The notes under the pieces were generated by a model. That model did no database searches, was not told where the DNA came from, and saw nothing but the letters and a program-made list of their open reading frames with translations. From Fistulifera solaris (Eukaryota): a DNA stretch of 64,000 nucleotides. The stretch covers positions 124,001 to 188,000 of the forward strand of contig AP026180.1 of assembly GCA_030295235.1 (NCBI GenBank). The letters are read 5' to 3'. Both the position numbers and the translations under genes were made by a program. Positions within the stretch are counted from its first letter, which is position 1. Each line of letters starts with the position of its first letter. Below, piece after piece: positions 36,576-48,554 of the stretch.

Positions 36576-39500
36576 ATGACAATCCGAAGGAGCTTATTCG
36601 CTCTCTTGGGCATGACTTGCTTGTCGTACGGCTTTATTACGCAAGATGGCAATGGATTCAAGGTGACGAGCGATGTGACCGAAACGTAAGTGACTTTCTG
36701 ATGAATCCAGTTCTTTTGACATAAACGCACTCATTTCGTATTTTTATCGTAATAGAATGAACTTGGCACTCGATATAAAAGCCATGCGTCTCGCGGGAAA
36801 TGATTTTGCGGCCAAAATGGACATTTACGTCAACGGAACGAACGGGTCGGACTTGACCTTACAAATATTGAGCAAGGGCGCTTCGCGACGATGGCCCGAC
36901 AGTCCTTTTACAATATCTATCGCCACGAATTCACGGTACTGGGACAAAAACAAGAACACGATACGTTGGGAGATTTTGATGGTGCGCCCGCGGAAGAATA
37001 TGCCGATCGATTGGTCCTCGATTTGTTTGAATTGAAAGTCGAACACATTGAAGCGGAAGCCACGGTGATTTTGCACGTCATGATGGCGTACCTTAGCGAA
37101 CTCTTTGATATGGTACAAACGTGTTATGCCGTGGCGGATGGTACATCCTCCAATATCAACGATGATACCAACAAAATGCTCCTACTCCTGGATCAAGCGG
37201 CCGCTCTTTATGTCGGAGCCGAACAAACACGCGGTGAATCGACGGGGTTTCTCTTGTACAATTTAGCGCAAGTCACGGGAGCATTCTTTGGACAGGATAC
37301 CGATGGCGTGGAAGTCAAAATCAATCGATTGGTCATTGAACTCTTGCACAGTTTGCAATCCAAAATTAGTAGCGGTACTTGCGCTAGTATGGAAGGATAC
37401 GTTGTCATTCGTGAAGAAGTCAAACTCTTGGTCAAATACACCAATACGATTCTGGTACAAATGATGCTACATCACATTCAGGAAGATACCGAAACTAAGG
37501 CGGATTTTGTCGAATTATATGCCTTGGCGCTCATGCCGCAAATCGCCATTTGCGATGACGCAGCGCATGACATCTTACTCAACTCGGTCGTCGGAGAAGG
37601 TCTCAACGATTCGAATCAAGCCACTGTGATCTCGACGCTGCAAAGTGTGTACGACTGTCTCAATATTAATTGTGAATTGGTGGGTGATTATCAAGGAGAT
37701 CGCCTCTCGGCATGTAGCGACACGGTAACGTCCTTTCCTGCATTGGTGTCGTATCAACCGACCAAGGACGTACGCAGCAAATCATACATCGATCGAGACA
37801 TTCGGCAAATGAGTATATTCATGGCTTACGGAGACTTCAAGACAGCGTACGATTGGTACCGATTTGGCTGGAACAGCAATGTCAAGTTAAGAGACTTTGC
37901 ATTGAACGCAAAAGGCGATTCTGTCGATCTGTACATGGAATATTTTACCGACGAACGATACTATCCCGACAACTTGCTGAGAAATGCTTTCCAACAGAGT
38001 GCCCCCTTTCAAATGGCATCCGATAAACAACGCGAAAGTTTGATCAAAGGTACCATTAGTGGCATACTCATGTTTTGGGCTGTCGTCGATAGTCTGAATC
38101 AAGCGGGACAGAACTGTGACGCCGGCAACGTCGACGCCGCTACCGAATACTGGGACACCGCTGCGGCATATTTCGTGGGATCTGCGGAAGGACAAGCACA
38201 AATGGGTGAAGATGGAGGCCAGCTTCTGTTTGGCGTGGCCAAAGACATGTGTACGGGTTTTGAAACCTGTGAACCCGATATTGGTTCTACTTTAAATGCT
38301 GCTGTGATGGCATCCTTCAAGACCGGCCAGTCCATGCTGACGGAAGGTACCACCAACTGCTTCGGAGTAAAAGATCTTTCCGGAGACATGGTTATTGAAA
38401 TTACGAAAATCTTAGTCCAAGCAACACTCTGGCACGCAGCACGAGTATCCGAAGGTTTGCAAATGGCACAAGGGTCCCTTTTGGCGTATTCTCGATCACT
38501 ACTTCCTGGCGTTGAGGCTGCGAACCCTACAGCCGCCGCTACTATTGACAGCAATACCAATTACTTTTTCGAAGCCAGTACAACCACCGACATGCCGGCT
38601 GTAGTGAATGCTTTTTCCCAGTCCTTTAGTCAGATGGAAATAAATTGTGCTGATATCGGGGACATTACGGTCAAAGGACAAAGGGCGGTGTTTGTGTTGG
38701 AGATCAATTCTTATCGACACCAACGATGGCTCCAAATCCGGCCCCAAGTGTTTCCGCTCCACAAACTCCTCCGGCTGAATATCCTGTCGACTCTCCTGTT
38801 GATGACGATTCGCCGACGCGAGCACCTAACTTGCCTGAAAGTCGTGTTCCTATCTACATACCAGATGCGCACGAAGGCGGTCTTGCATGGGGACGCTATA
38901 TATTTTCCGACGAAACGATTGCACAATCTGATTCTCTCTTTACTCTGGATATTCGAGACATGCACGACGCTCCGACTCCCCTGGATGCGCTGCTTGTTTA
39001 CAACCAAACGTCAAGGAACAGCGACGGACTCTCGCTCACTGGCAATTCGTCGATAAGCAGTCTAAAAGAATTCAGCACCGAAGCATCGACATTCATGTCG
39101 CAAGATCCCATGTACAATTTCTACAGGATTGCACTTTATGAGGATGAAGCGTTTGATGACATCGTCAATGCCGCGGGATGGCCATTTGGTAATGCCGTAG
39201 TCGAGCTGGCTCTGGCTCCAAAGAACGGAAACGACCCTGTTTTAGCCTCTAAGGCAGCAGTGGTAATGAACATATGGATGATGATTGTGCATCGGCTGTA
39301 TGAATCCGCTCGACAGTGCAGAGCGAACTCTTGGTCGCCTAAGTGGATTGACTCCGCTGTCGCTCTCTGGATTGGACAGCAGCAAGGAGAAGGAAAATAC
39401 AACAGTGGATGGAGTATGTACAGAGTCGCGCAAGATGCTGCCATGTTTTACGGGAATAGCGAAGGTGAAGCAATATCAAACGGAGAAGTGCTCACGCTTC

Positions 39501-42500
39501 TAATCGCACTACAACAGGAAGGCACAAAATGTGACGGATCGTCTGAATCATACCTTTCCTACAAGTTTTTGGTCGACGAAACGATACGCGTGATGTCCAC
39601 CCCTCTCTTACAGAATCTTCTGTATCACATGAGCGAAGACAACTTTGAATATGTCGAGCTGTATGCGTTAGCCTTCATTCCGCAAGCGCTATCTTGTAAC
39701 GAGGGTTGGTATTTCAACTTAAGAGATTCGTTGTACGAGAAATTCGAAAGAAACACAAGAATCAATGAACCTTTCATCGAGATCTTTTCTGACGTTTTGA
39801 TATGCCTGAAAATGGAATGCTCAGACCTGGGTAACATATCCACCGCGGGCGCTTTTCTGAAGGACCTTGTTACTGGCCTATGTGGCCGTCTGGAATCCGC
39901 TGCAACAGATAAAGTATTGGCTGGATATGCAATCACAAGTTCTTATGGAGAGCTGGAACGCATCGATCTCGATATTCATCAGATTGAGCTTTTCATGCGG
40001 ACATCCTCCTATGACTTAGCCAGCGACGTTTACGTCAATGGCCGCAACATGATAATCACAGGAGCCCGTGATCTGCACTCACTTAAGGACTTTACAGATT
40101 CCATTGCATCGATGAATACCGGGGGTCTCTTTCAAAAGTTCAAGTCGTACTCAAACGCTGACTCGGACAGCTTCATTACGGATCAAGCACTATCATTACT
40201 TGATGGAGGTGATGGCACTCGTTATGACGGTGCATCGCGGCGGCAACTTTCTGAAGCAATGCTCCGACATTCCCAGACAACTGTCGCTCTATTATTGTTT
40301 GTCGGCAAAATGTATGAAGCTGTAGGAAAATGTGAAGAAGCGGGTGGACAGCAGCAAGTGGACGAAGCTGCGGCCTTCTTCATAGGATCTATGGAAGGTA
40401 GACGTACGGGCGGTGACATTACCAAGCATGGCAAGCTGATGTATGCTCTGGCAAATGAGATGTGCTCTTCCTTTGAAGAATGTACCAATAATGAAGAGGC
40501 CAAAAGCAACGAATTCATTCTATTTGCCTTGAATGATTTAAAACAAGCTATCACAGAAGGCAAATGCGAACAGGCAAAGTCCAAATTGGAAGAAAGCATC
40601 ATTCCGAATTTGTATATCTCTACTATTCAAGGAACGTTGCTTTTGCTGAGATCAACTCTGAGTTGCCACCACAAACAAACGATTCTACTTTAGCTGCTGG
40701 CGATATGCTCGCAAAATCAATCTTGCCAGTGGTCGCAAATATTTCATCCAGCAGTGCTGCTATCATAAGTGAAAATATGGAATTCAGTCTTAGTAACAAG
40801 CCTGTCAAGGATGGCGCCGAGGCTGTCTTCGATGCATTCGCATCTGTCTTGAATTCCACTGGTATTGGGTGTTCTCAAATCGGTCGCTTGGGCGTTTACT
40901 CAACTTGCAGTGTCGGCGATGAAGGCGAACAGCTCGATCCCGAAACGCCAACAAATCTCGGCAAAGGTCTTTACGTGACGACAACGTATGTCCAAGACAG
41001 AGCGGAGATCGGTCTTGATGTGAAAGATATGCTAGACTTGTTGAATACCGGTGATCGCGAGGATCAGGCACTCCTTGTTTATCAGGAAGGAAGACATTCG
41101 GATGTTTATGACAGCGAGGGCAGAGAGTGGACCTTCGGTCGCTAGGCGGATTTTCTTTAAGTGCTAACACGTCGAACCCACTTTACACAATGGCGGTGTA
41201 CGCGCTTCGAGGTCCAAATGGCATGTATCGTGACAGAGATGCATGGCTCTATGCGGATACTGTTGTTAGAGAATCGTTATCAAAGTCCACAATTGCTGCT
41301 GAAGCAGCTGTCGCGCTGAATCTTTGGATGGAGTTAGCAAGAGAGCTTTACAGCACCTTTACGTTGTGCAAAGAGAGCAAAGTGACCGATGAAGATGGGA
41401 TCCATTCCATTGACGAAGCGGTGGCCTATTGGATCGGTGATGGACAAATAGCTGGTGAATCCCAGAAGGGTCATCTTCTTTACGCACTTGCCGAAAAAAT
41501 GGCAGAAAATTTTGGACTAGACGAAGCTGGACAATCTAGGACCAACGAAAACATCTTGCGCCTCTTTCATGAAGCGAGAATTGGAAGTTGCCTCACCCGG
41601 AGCTTGCAAGGATAGAGCTGCTATTCACCGTGTTCGGCATGTGGTAAACAAGATTTTGTCACAAATGATCGTATTAAACATTCAAGCTTTGATCCATTAT
41701 CTCCGAGTCGACGACCGTGACCGAGTATGGGTGTATGCACATGGTGTCGTTCCATTGATTGCTGGTTGTAGTCCGGCTGCATTCGAGTATCTTCGAAAAG
41801 AACTTCTTGAAGATCAATACATCGCCAGTGATGTTGAAAGTATCATACAGCGCATCTATTCAGTTTTCCCATGTTTTGGACTTCAATGCGATGACATCGG
41901 TAAACATTCAACAGAGACGACCTCGTCTTGCACCGACCCGCCAGCACGAACGCCGTTAGCAGGATACAAGCCATACAGTGATGTTTCTGAAGAATCAAAA
42001 ATAGACTTAGATATTTTGGAAATGGGCATTATGATGGAAATGGAAGCTTACGAAGCTGCCGAAGATCTATACTTTTACGGAAAGCATGTTTCTTCAGCGT
42101 CTGATGGAGGTCAGACCGCGTTGAGTCTGCAGTCTCTAGCTACCCTCTCCGACCGATCAAAGGCTCCAGAACTTGAAGCGTTCAAAGTATATTTTGGCGG
42201 AGACGAGAAATATGCCGATTCCATTATTGCTTCGCTGTTCTCTAGTGACAGCAAGTACGACAAGACCGAGCGTCGTGTCATTGCCACCGGAGTCTCCCAG
42301 TACCTGGTTATGTATGCTGCTATTTTGGATTCCATGTACGAATCAATTGAAAATGCGAGTCTTCTGAAACAAGCGATGTAGATGCCGCAATCCACTCGTG
42401 GGATAAAGCTGCAGCTTACATCACGGGTCACCTTGAGGGCTACGATGAAGACGGATCTTCGGAGGGGCTTTTCTTGTGGGGTTTGGCCTCACAAAGCTGC

Positions 42501-43235
42501 GAAGAATTTGGCACGTGCTCCACCGAAACTCCTGGCTCGGCTATCGTTAATGATAAAATATCCACGATTCTTTACTCAGGCCGCGGCGCGATTCTTGGTG
42601 GCAATTGCGCGGAGCTGCGCAAAGCGAGATCTCAACTTATTCCTCTACTCCAGACACCTCTTATTCAGGCATCGCTCAGCTCTCTTACCAAGCTTAATAC
42701 GAGAAACGGTGCTTCGGACTCTTTACTTCACGCTGAAGCCCATGTGCGTTCATTGGCGATCCTTCCCTCGATAGCTGAGAAGGACCGGGCAAGTGCTGAT
42801 ATAATCAGCAAGAACATGGGCATTGACAACACGGCTTTGGTTGACGGCGTCCCTGTCGTAGCATCCGCTTTCGCCGCTTCGATTAGCAAACTCGGTATTG
42901 ATTGCAACAATGTTGGACAATCGAAAACAATTGACGCGTGCACAGGCGATGTAAAAGGAATGAGTACTGGTGCAATCATTGGGATTGTGCTGGCACTTAT
43001 CGTTCCGATTATTGCAGGATGGTTCATCATTCGACGCAGAGGAAGGAAAACGTCTGAAGAGCTTACGGCGTTTGTGCCTCCAAAAGGCGAGTTCAACCAC
43101 GACAGCAACGCGGATTCGGAACCGGAGCAGCCTCGGTCAGACAGCAATGGCAGTAAAGGAAATAGCGAGAGCGCGAACTACACTATTTCCGACGACGACG
43201 ATGGCGTCAGCACTACCGAACCCGATATCGTTTGA
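36576..43235 (+). CDS. Giant type-I membrane protein with six FEA1-like (low-iron-inducible periplasmic protein) repeats
   Basis: Signal peptide MTIRRSLFALLGMTCLSYG and intron 36686-36755. Six D.A.A.(Y/F/W).G....G..L(Y/F/W).(L/V)A motifs. C-terminal TM IIGIVLALIVPIIAGWFII-RRRGRK. The frame is broken by about 6 single-base shifts. Confidence 0.8.
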
Positions 43236-43459
43236 AGATCCGATGTTGATGTTTCGTTAGATGAGTCTACAACAATGGCTCGACTGGTTTGCGATCCAAA
43301 AGGATGCGTGACCTTCGGGCAAAATATTTCAAATGTTTAAAAACGGAGGAGCCACTTGGGCTTGAGCCACTTCAACGTCAGACTTAATCATCTATGGAAA
43401 TGGCGTCACGTTAAAGTTCTAGAAAGTGTTTTGCTTTAATATTGAAAAGTATCGTACAG

Positions 43460-44284
43460 TTATAATTTCATGTTGAGAAGAAAGTCTGGGAATGAAACAT
43501 CTATCTTTTCGCTGTCCCTCAGAGTGCTCTGGGGTCTCGGTAGCGTGTCACATGATCCATTGTTTGTCAAACCGACGACAATATTAGAGCAATCGAAGCT
43601 CACACCGCCGTTCTCACAAAACTCACACGAGTTACACGGGTAATCAGCCAGACTGACTTCACACCCGCATAAACTTGCGCTTTCAGCGAAGGTACTAGTC
43701 GCATTCGACTCGTTCACGGGCTCGCTGACAGGTTCTTCCTCCCCCAAGCATACGTCAAATCCAAAATTCAATGTTCCAACATTGATCGGACCGATGCTTA
43801 TATCCGCGAAAAAGACATTTTTTGTCAAATATTGATCGTCAAAGTCCACAATCACTTCGAAACCAGGAGTAGTGCATATTCTTCGCGTTAATGGGTCACA
43901 TAATTCGTCCGTGTAGATTTCAACTTTAACCTGTCGCTCGATCAATAGAGGGATCAGCAACATGGTTTCGCAATTGATGGATCCTCTGAACTGGTCCTCC
44001 AGCAGTTTGCATGGTCGTAACAAATCAAACCACCTCGGCAATAAAGAAAGCTGGCCGCCATCTGACTCATCACCGTTTGAATCACCACCATCGTCAACAG
44101 CATCGCCACTGTCTTTCTTGGTGCTTTTCTTTTGAGCCGACGCGTTGGGTGAATTTCGAACAATATGGTTGAGCTTCCTTGCTGCACCTCTCACTCTGGA
44201 TGCCGACTTTTCGTCAACGACTCCTCTGGCTTCACCAGCGAGCGCCCATAAAAGAGCCAGTAGAAAAGACAGTTTGTTTATCAT
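43460..44284 (-). CDS. Secreted Cys-rich hypothetical protein
   Basis: Signal peptide MINKLSFLLALLWALAGEARG; C-terminal CGCEVSLADYPCNSCEFCENGGVSFDCSN. Confidence 0.75.
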   Translation of the reverse strand: MINKLSFLLALLWALAGEARGVVDEKSASRVRGAARKLNHIVRNSPNASAQKKSTKKDSGDAVDDGGDSNGDESDGGQLSLLPRWFDLLRPCKLLEDQFRGSINCETMLLIPLLIERQVKVEIYTDELCDPLTRRICTTPGFEVIVDFDDQYLTKNVFFADISIGPINVGTLNFGFDVCLGEEEPVSEPVNESNATSTFAESASLCGCEVSLADYPCNSCEFCENGGVSFDCSNIVVGLTNNGSCDTLPRPQSTLRDSEKIDVSFPDFLLNMKL

Positions 44285-45241
44285 TGTCAAAAGTCGCTTT
44301 TTATAGATCGATTAACGAATATGTGAGGATCGTGCACGAATTTCTGTCGTTGTCGTGTCGAGAAAAATCGTCTCGTGTTTCATTCTTTGCGGATCTTGTG
44401 AGCGCATCGGTTGGGCTTCTTTACGAGAGTCATTTTCTGGTTAGCTACAGTAGTAACACTCGCTTCGAAAAGACTCACAAGATTTTATATGATGGTTTAT
44501 GTAGATTACTTTTTGCGATCAGTACCTCAATGCTATAGTGCGAGGTGCGAGTACCAGATAGAGGTAGTCGGTCATAAATGAAAAATCCTTTACAAGACAA
44601 CTTTGATACGTGCAAGAAAAAAAGATCGCCGGTCACTTTTTATCACGTTTCTCTCCAAAGACGAGATCCATCATCCCATCATCGTTCACCATTCCCTTTT
44701 CATGAATTCTAATACTGAAGAGCCTCTCAGACAATGATGTGACAGTGTTAAAGAGACAACGAATGACAAATTTGCACAACCAGCCAGTGCCGACTCCTCG
44801 TTTCTCATGCTGATAGATCGATCGATATTGATCGACTGCCTGGTATGAATGTCAACCCGACTGAAGTCGTTATGAGGCAACGCCGTCGCGGTAATGGGTC
44901 AACATGGATAGTATTTGTTTAGCGTCAAAGGAATTAATAAACTTGTTGAGAGCCGAAGCGATCTTCGTCACAAATCTTCATTGAAAAGTAGACAATTCAT
45001 GCAACGGCAATTAAAAGAATTTGAATGCTTATTTCATAAGTAAACCGTGTAGACATAGGTAAAGCAGCTTTCACGACAGAGCCACTCATGAAGGATTTAC
45101 TCAATGATTGAGACTCGATTTGATTTCTACAAATTAAAACTACAGGTACGAAGAACTACCTTTCGCTCACTATAGCCTTTAACTCTAGATCAAATATTTT
45201 ACGCAAGTTTAAATATTCATTTTCTAATACAAAATTGAAAT

Positions 45242-46018
45242 CTAATGAGAAATGTACCCCTGGTTGGCGTACTCCTTCATGGCAACCCCGACCGGTTTGA
45301 AAAAGAAGGGAGTCTCCTCGACGACACCCAACTTGCTCACAAATTCTTGGAACGCAAAGGCCGTGATGGCAATCATGGCGAGACGTCCATTCTTGATTTC
45401 GTTGAGCTGCAGACGGCGTTGACCTTCCGGGTCCTTGGGGTACAATCCCAAAGGATCGAATCCCAAATTTCCAGGGAAGTAATCGGCTTTCTTGGCTTGC
45501 GAAAAGCCGTAAGCTTCAATGGCGGCGGCCGCCACCAAGCATACGACCCAATACACGGGGCTGATCTTTCCCAGACCACCGTTGAGAACCGAGGGGGCAC
45601 GGTCTGTGGCGTCGACGATCGACGGAGCCCCGAAAGTAGAGGCGAACTTTGTGTTGAAAAGTTCGGACATGGGCCATCCAGCCGCGGCGAGCATGGCCAA
45701 ACGAGCGTGCTTGATTTCGGCTTCACGATATTTCATGAGCGAAGCGTTATCCTTGGCGAATCCGAAGGGATCGAAGCCAACATCACCGGCGAGTGTTCCA
45801 TCCAAAGCGACAGGACGAGTCATGAAAGGAAGAGACTCCGACATTTTGGACGGAGCAGGGATCGTAGGCATGCTTTCTTCTTGCGCGACGACGGGCATCT
45901 CACCTTCAACAGAGTCGGCCATGGCCAAACTCGTTCGCTTCAAGATAAGCGACGATTGAGGAGCGAATGCCGAGGCACTGACAAGGCAAGTGAGAGTAAT
46001 GGCGGCAGAAAACTTCAT
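45242..46018 (-). CDS. Light-harvesting fucoxanthin-chlorophyll a/c protein, Lhcz/Lhcr-type
   Basis: ASAFAP presequence; GFDPFG, REAEIKHARLAMLAAAGWP, DRAPSVLNGGL, EIKNGRLAM. Confidence 0.95.
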   Translation of the reverse strand: MKFSAAITLTCLVSASAFAPQSSLILKRTSLAMADSVEGEMPVVAQEESMPTIPAPSKMSESLPFMTRPVALDGTLAGDVGFDPFGFAKDNASLMKYREAEIKHARLAMLAAAGWPMSELFNTKFASTFGAPSIVDATDRAPSVLNGGLGKISPVYWVVCLVAAAAIEAYGFSQAKKADYFPGNLGFDPLGLYPKDPEGQRRLQLNEIKNGRLAMIAITAFAFQEFVSKLGVVEETPFFFKPVGVAMKEYANQGYISH

Positions 46019-47178
46019 GATTCTTGAATGCATTATCGATGAACGTGAATGTGTTGATAAGTGAATTATGAACTGAAAGAGAAATCAGTGGATGGATGAG
46101 AGAGGACGACCAGAGCAGCTGCTGATGTGTTGTGAATTGTGATGTCTTTCGAACACATCATCCGTGAAATGTCAAATCGTCCTCACTACCAGTTTTTATC
46201 TAGTCTAGTGTACTCCGAAAAGGATTCTGGAGCTCCTGCGACACGAAAAAGCGTTCCAATTATAACGCGCTCATCCTTTTTGCCAGGAATGCGTCAGAAA
46301 TTGGAGCTGCTTTGTTGGAAAACGAGATCGTTCGAACGCTTTTTTCTCGTCCGCATCCGGAAAGCGCGGTTTTCGTGACGTGTATTTTTGCCGACTGAGT
46401 CATTCTCAGACACGTCAGCAACTATTCCGACGACCCTCCTAGAAACCCTCCGCCTTGACCTCGACTCGTTTTAGTCCAGTCAACAGTCGAAACGGGAAAT
46501 TAGCCCCCGCTTACAGTAGGGCGAAAATGAAAAAGCTTCCCGCAGGATCTGGAAAGCCTGTCGCAGGCGGCTAGAGTTGTAATGAATGCGAAAAGGATGA
46601 CGAGAGATTATAAGATCGTAATGATGACACATTATCAGATTTTCTGGGGAATTGAATATACCCCTATCCCAGATTTTCTGGAAACGTGAAGATATCCCTA
46701 GTGATCACTGTAGAACAAAGTGTAACTCAACTTATCCAAGACTACATTATTTCTGTCATGAGAGCAGATTTTCTGTGGACGTGAAGAAACCCCAAGCCCA
46801 GATTCCCGGAGATGTGAAAACATCACAAAGCACGCATTATTCGCGTTTCTATGATCGTTGAAGCCTATTCCAAGGAAATCATGATGTTGGCGTGCAATAA
46901 AACGCTGTCGCGATAATGTTTTTAATTTGACAGGAAAAACGATTGGCTACCTGACACTTCCGTTTTCAATCCACAATGGCCATCATGGATCAAATGTACG
47001 CAATCGCAGCGTTCCGATGACCTCAAATATAGTCTAGTGTATATGAACTCTATCATGGCTACGTAACGATGCTAATGGTTCCAATTCTCAGAAATTCTTG
47101 TCTCAGTAACAGTTGCTCACACAGTGCCATTGGTGACTTTTCCTAAAAGCGGTATTTTACAATCCTTTTAGTCTACTC

Positions 47179-47853
47179 CTAATTTGCAAGTTCTCGAATC
47201 GCCGTAACTGCGGGTTGAAAGAAAATTGGCGTCGCTCGTACCACCCCCTGGTCTGTAATGTACTCTTGAAATACAAAGGCTATGATAGCGACCATAGCGA
47301 GCCGACCATTTTGGATTTCAGCCAATTGCATGTACCGCTGACCGGCTTCGTCTCGTGGATACAGACCCAAAGGATCAAATCCCAAGTCACCCGGTAAGGC
47401 ATCTACGGTCTTGATTCTGGATAATCCGTACGATTCAATCCATGACGCCGCGAGTACACAGACGATCCAAAAGAGGGGATTGATTTTGTTGAGAGTGCCA
47501 TTCAGAATAGAAGGAGCACAGCCTGTTTCGTCGATAGTCGGTGAAAGATGAAAATAGTCCGCGATCTTTGGATTCAAAACTTCCGACACGGGCCAGCCTA
47601 CCGCGGCCAGCATGGCCAGTCGAGCGTGTTTAATTTCGGCTTGACGATATTGATAGAGTGCCGGCTTGCTGTTCGAAAATCCCAGAGGATCAAATCCTCT
47701 GTCACCTGGATAGGATCCGTCTAGAACGGAATTGCGGTCCATGGAAGAGAAAGATTGGGTCGACCGCGTCCGTTGCGCGACACGAGCGTTGTGAGGAGCA
47801 AACGCTGCACTTTGAGCGGCGAGGATAAGCGCGATCACTGTCGACAGTTTCAT
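47179..47853 (-). CDS. Light-harvesting protein, diverged tandem paralog (Lhcz/Lhcr-type)
   Basis: SAAFAP, GFDPLG, QAEIKHARLAMLAAVGWP, EIQNGRLAM. Confidence 0.93.
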   Translation of the reverse strand: MKLSTVIALILAAQSAAFAPHNARVAQRTRSTQSFSSMDRNSVLDGSYPGDRGFDPLGFSNSKPALYQYRQAEIKHARLAMLAAVGWPVSEVLNPKIADYFHLSPTIDETGCAPSILNGTLNKINPLFWIVCVLAASWIESYGLSRIKTVDALPGDLGFDPLGLYPRDEAGQRYMQLAEIQNGRLAMVAIIAFVFQEYITDQGVVRATPIFFQPAVTAIRELAN

Positions 47854-48554
47854 TGTTGCTCGAGCTCTAAAAATGAGTTTTGGTGTTTTTCAGAGAACTC
47901 TGCTGATCAATTGTTGCTGTTGAAGTTGTTTTTATGAGACATAGAATTGCTTCGCTTCAACAGTATATTTTACGAACACATTCATGCAATCGAGCCTCTT
48001 GTAAGTTCTCGAACAGCTCCAATCTACGACGTCGTTCGATTCGAACGGAAACGCGCTCTCCTCATTTCTTCCGAATTTCATTGGGAAAAGGCGAACCTCA
48101 AGTCGTCGCGAACACATTCCGATGGTGGTTTTATTCAATGACAAACCGCATCTCACGTGATGCATGAAACATGGAGATCGACGAACGATCTATACGCGAC
48201 GCGGGGTTCACGATGGTGTGTGGCCTATAAACCAACAATAATCTGTATAGTGGTGATTTACTACCGGTAGGAGACATCTTTTTTTTATTTTATACGGAGT
48301 AAAAAAAAAGTAAAACACGAGCTCCGACAGCGAATAACAAAATGGCCTAAGGTACAACGAAGTTCATACAATAGCAGATCCAGAGCCTTAATGGAAAAAG
48401 CAAAGATACTCTTCGTCGTGAAGAACGATCACGGACATCGGAATGCGAAAACCTCGTCGACAAAACCGCCGAGAAACAGCTTCTCTTTCGTCCCTTCTCT
48501 CTTGACATCATTACCTGGTAATTATTACTGTGTTGTTCTTACCGACAACTCATC

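Noticed and set aside
45245..46027. Long antisense ORFs over the LHC gene (also 34456-35238 over FAD2)
   Set aside because: These are shadow ORFs caused by codon bias and have no recognisable motifs.
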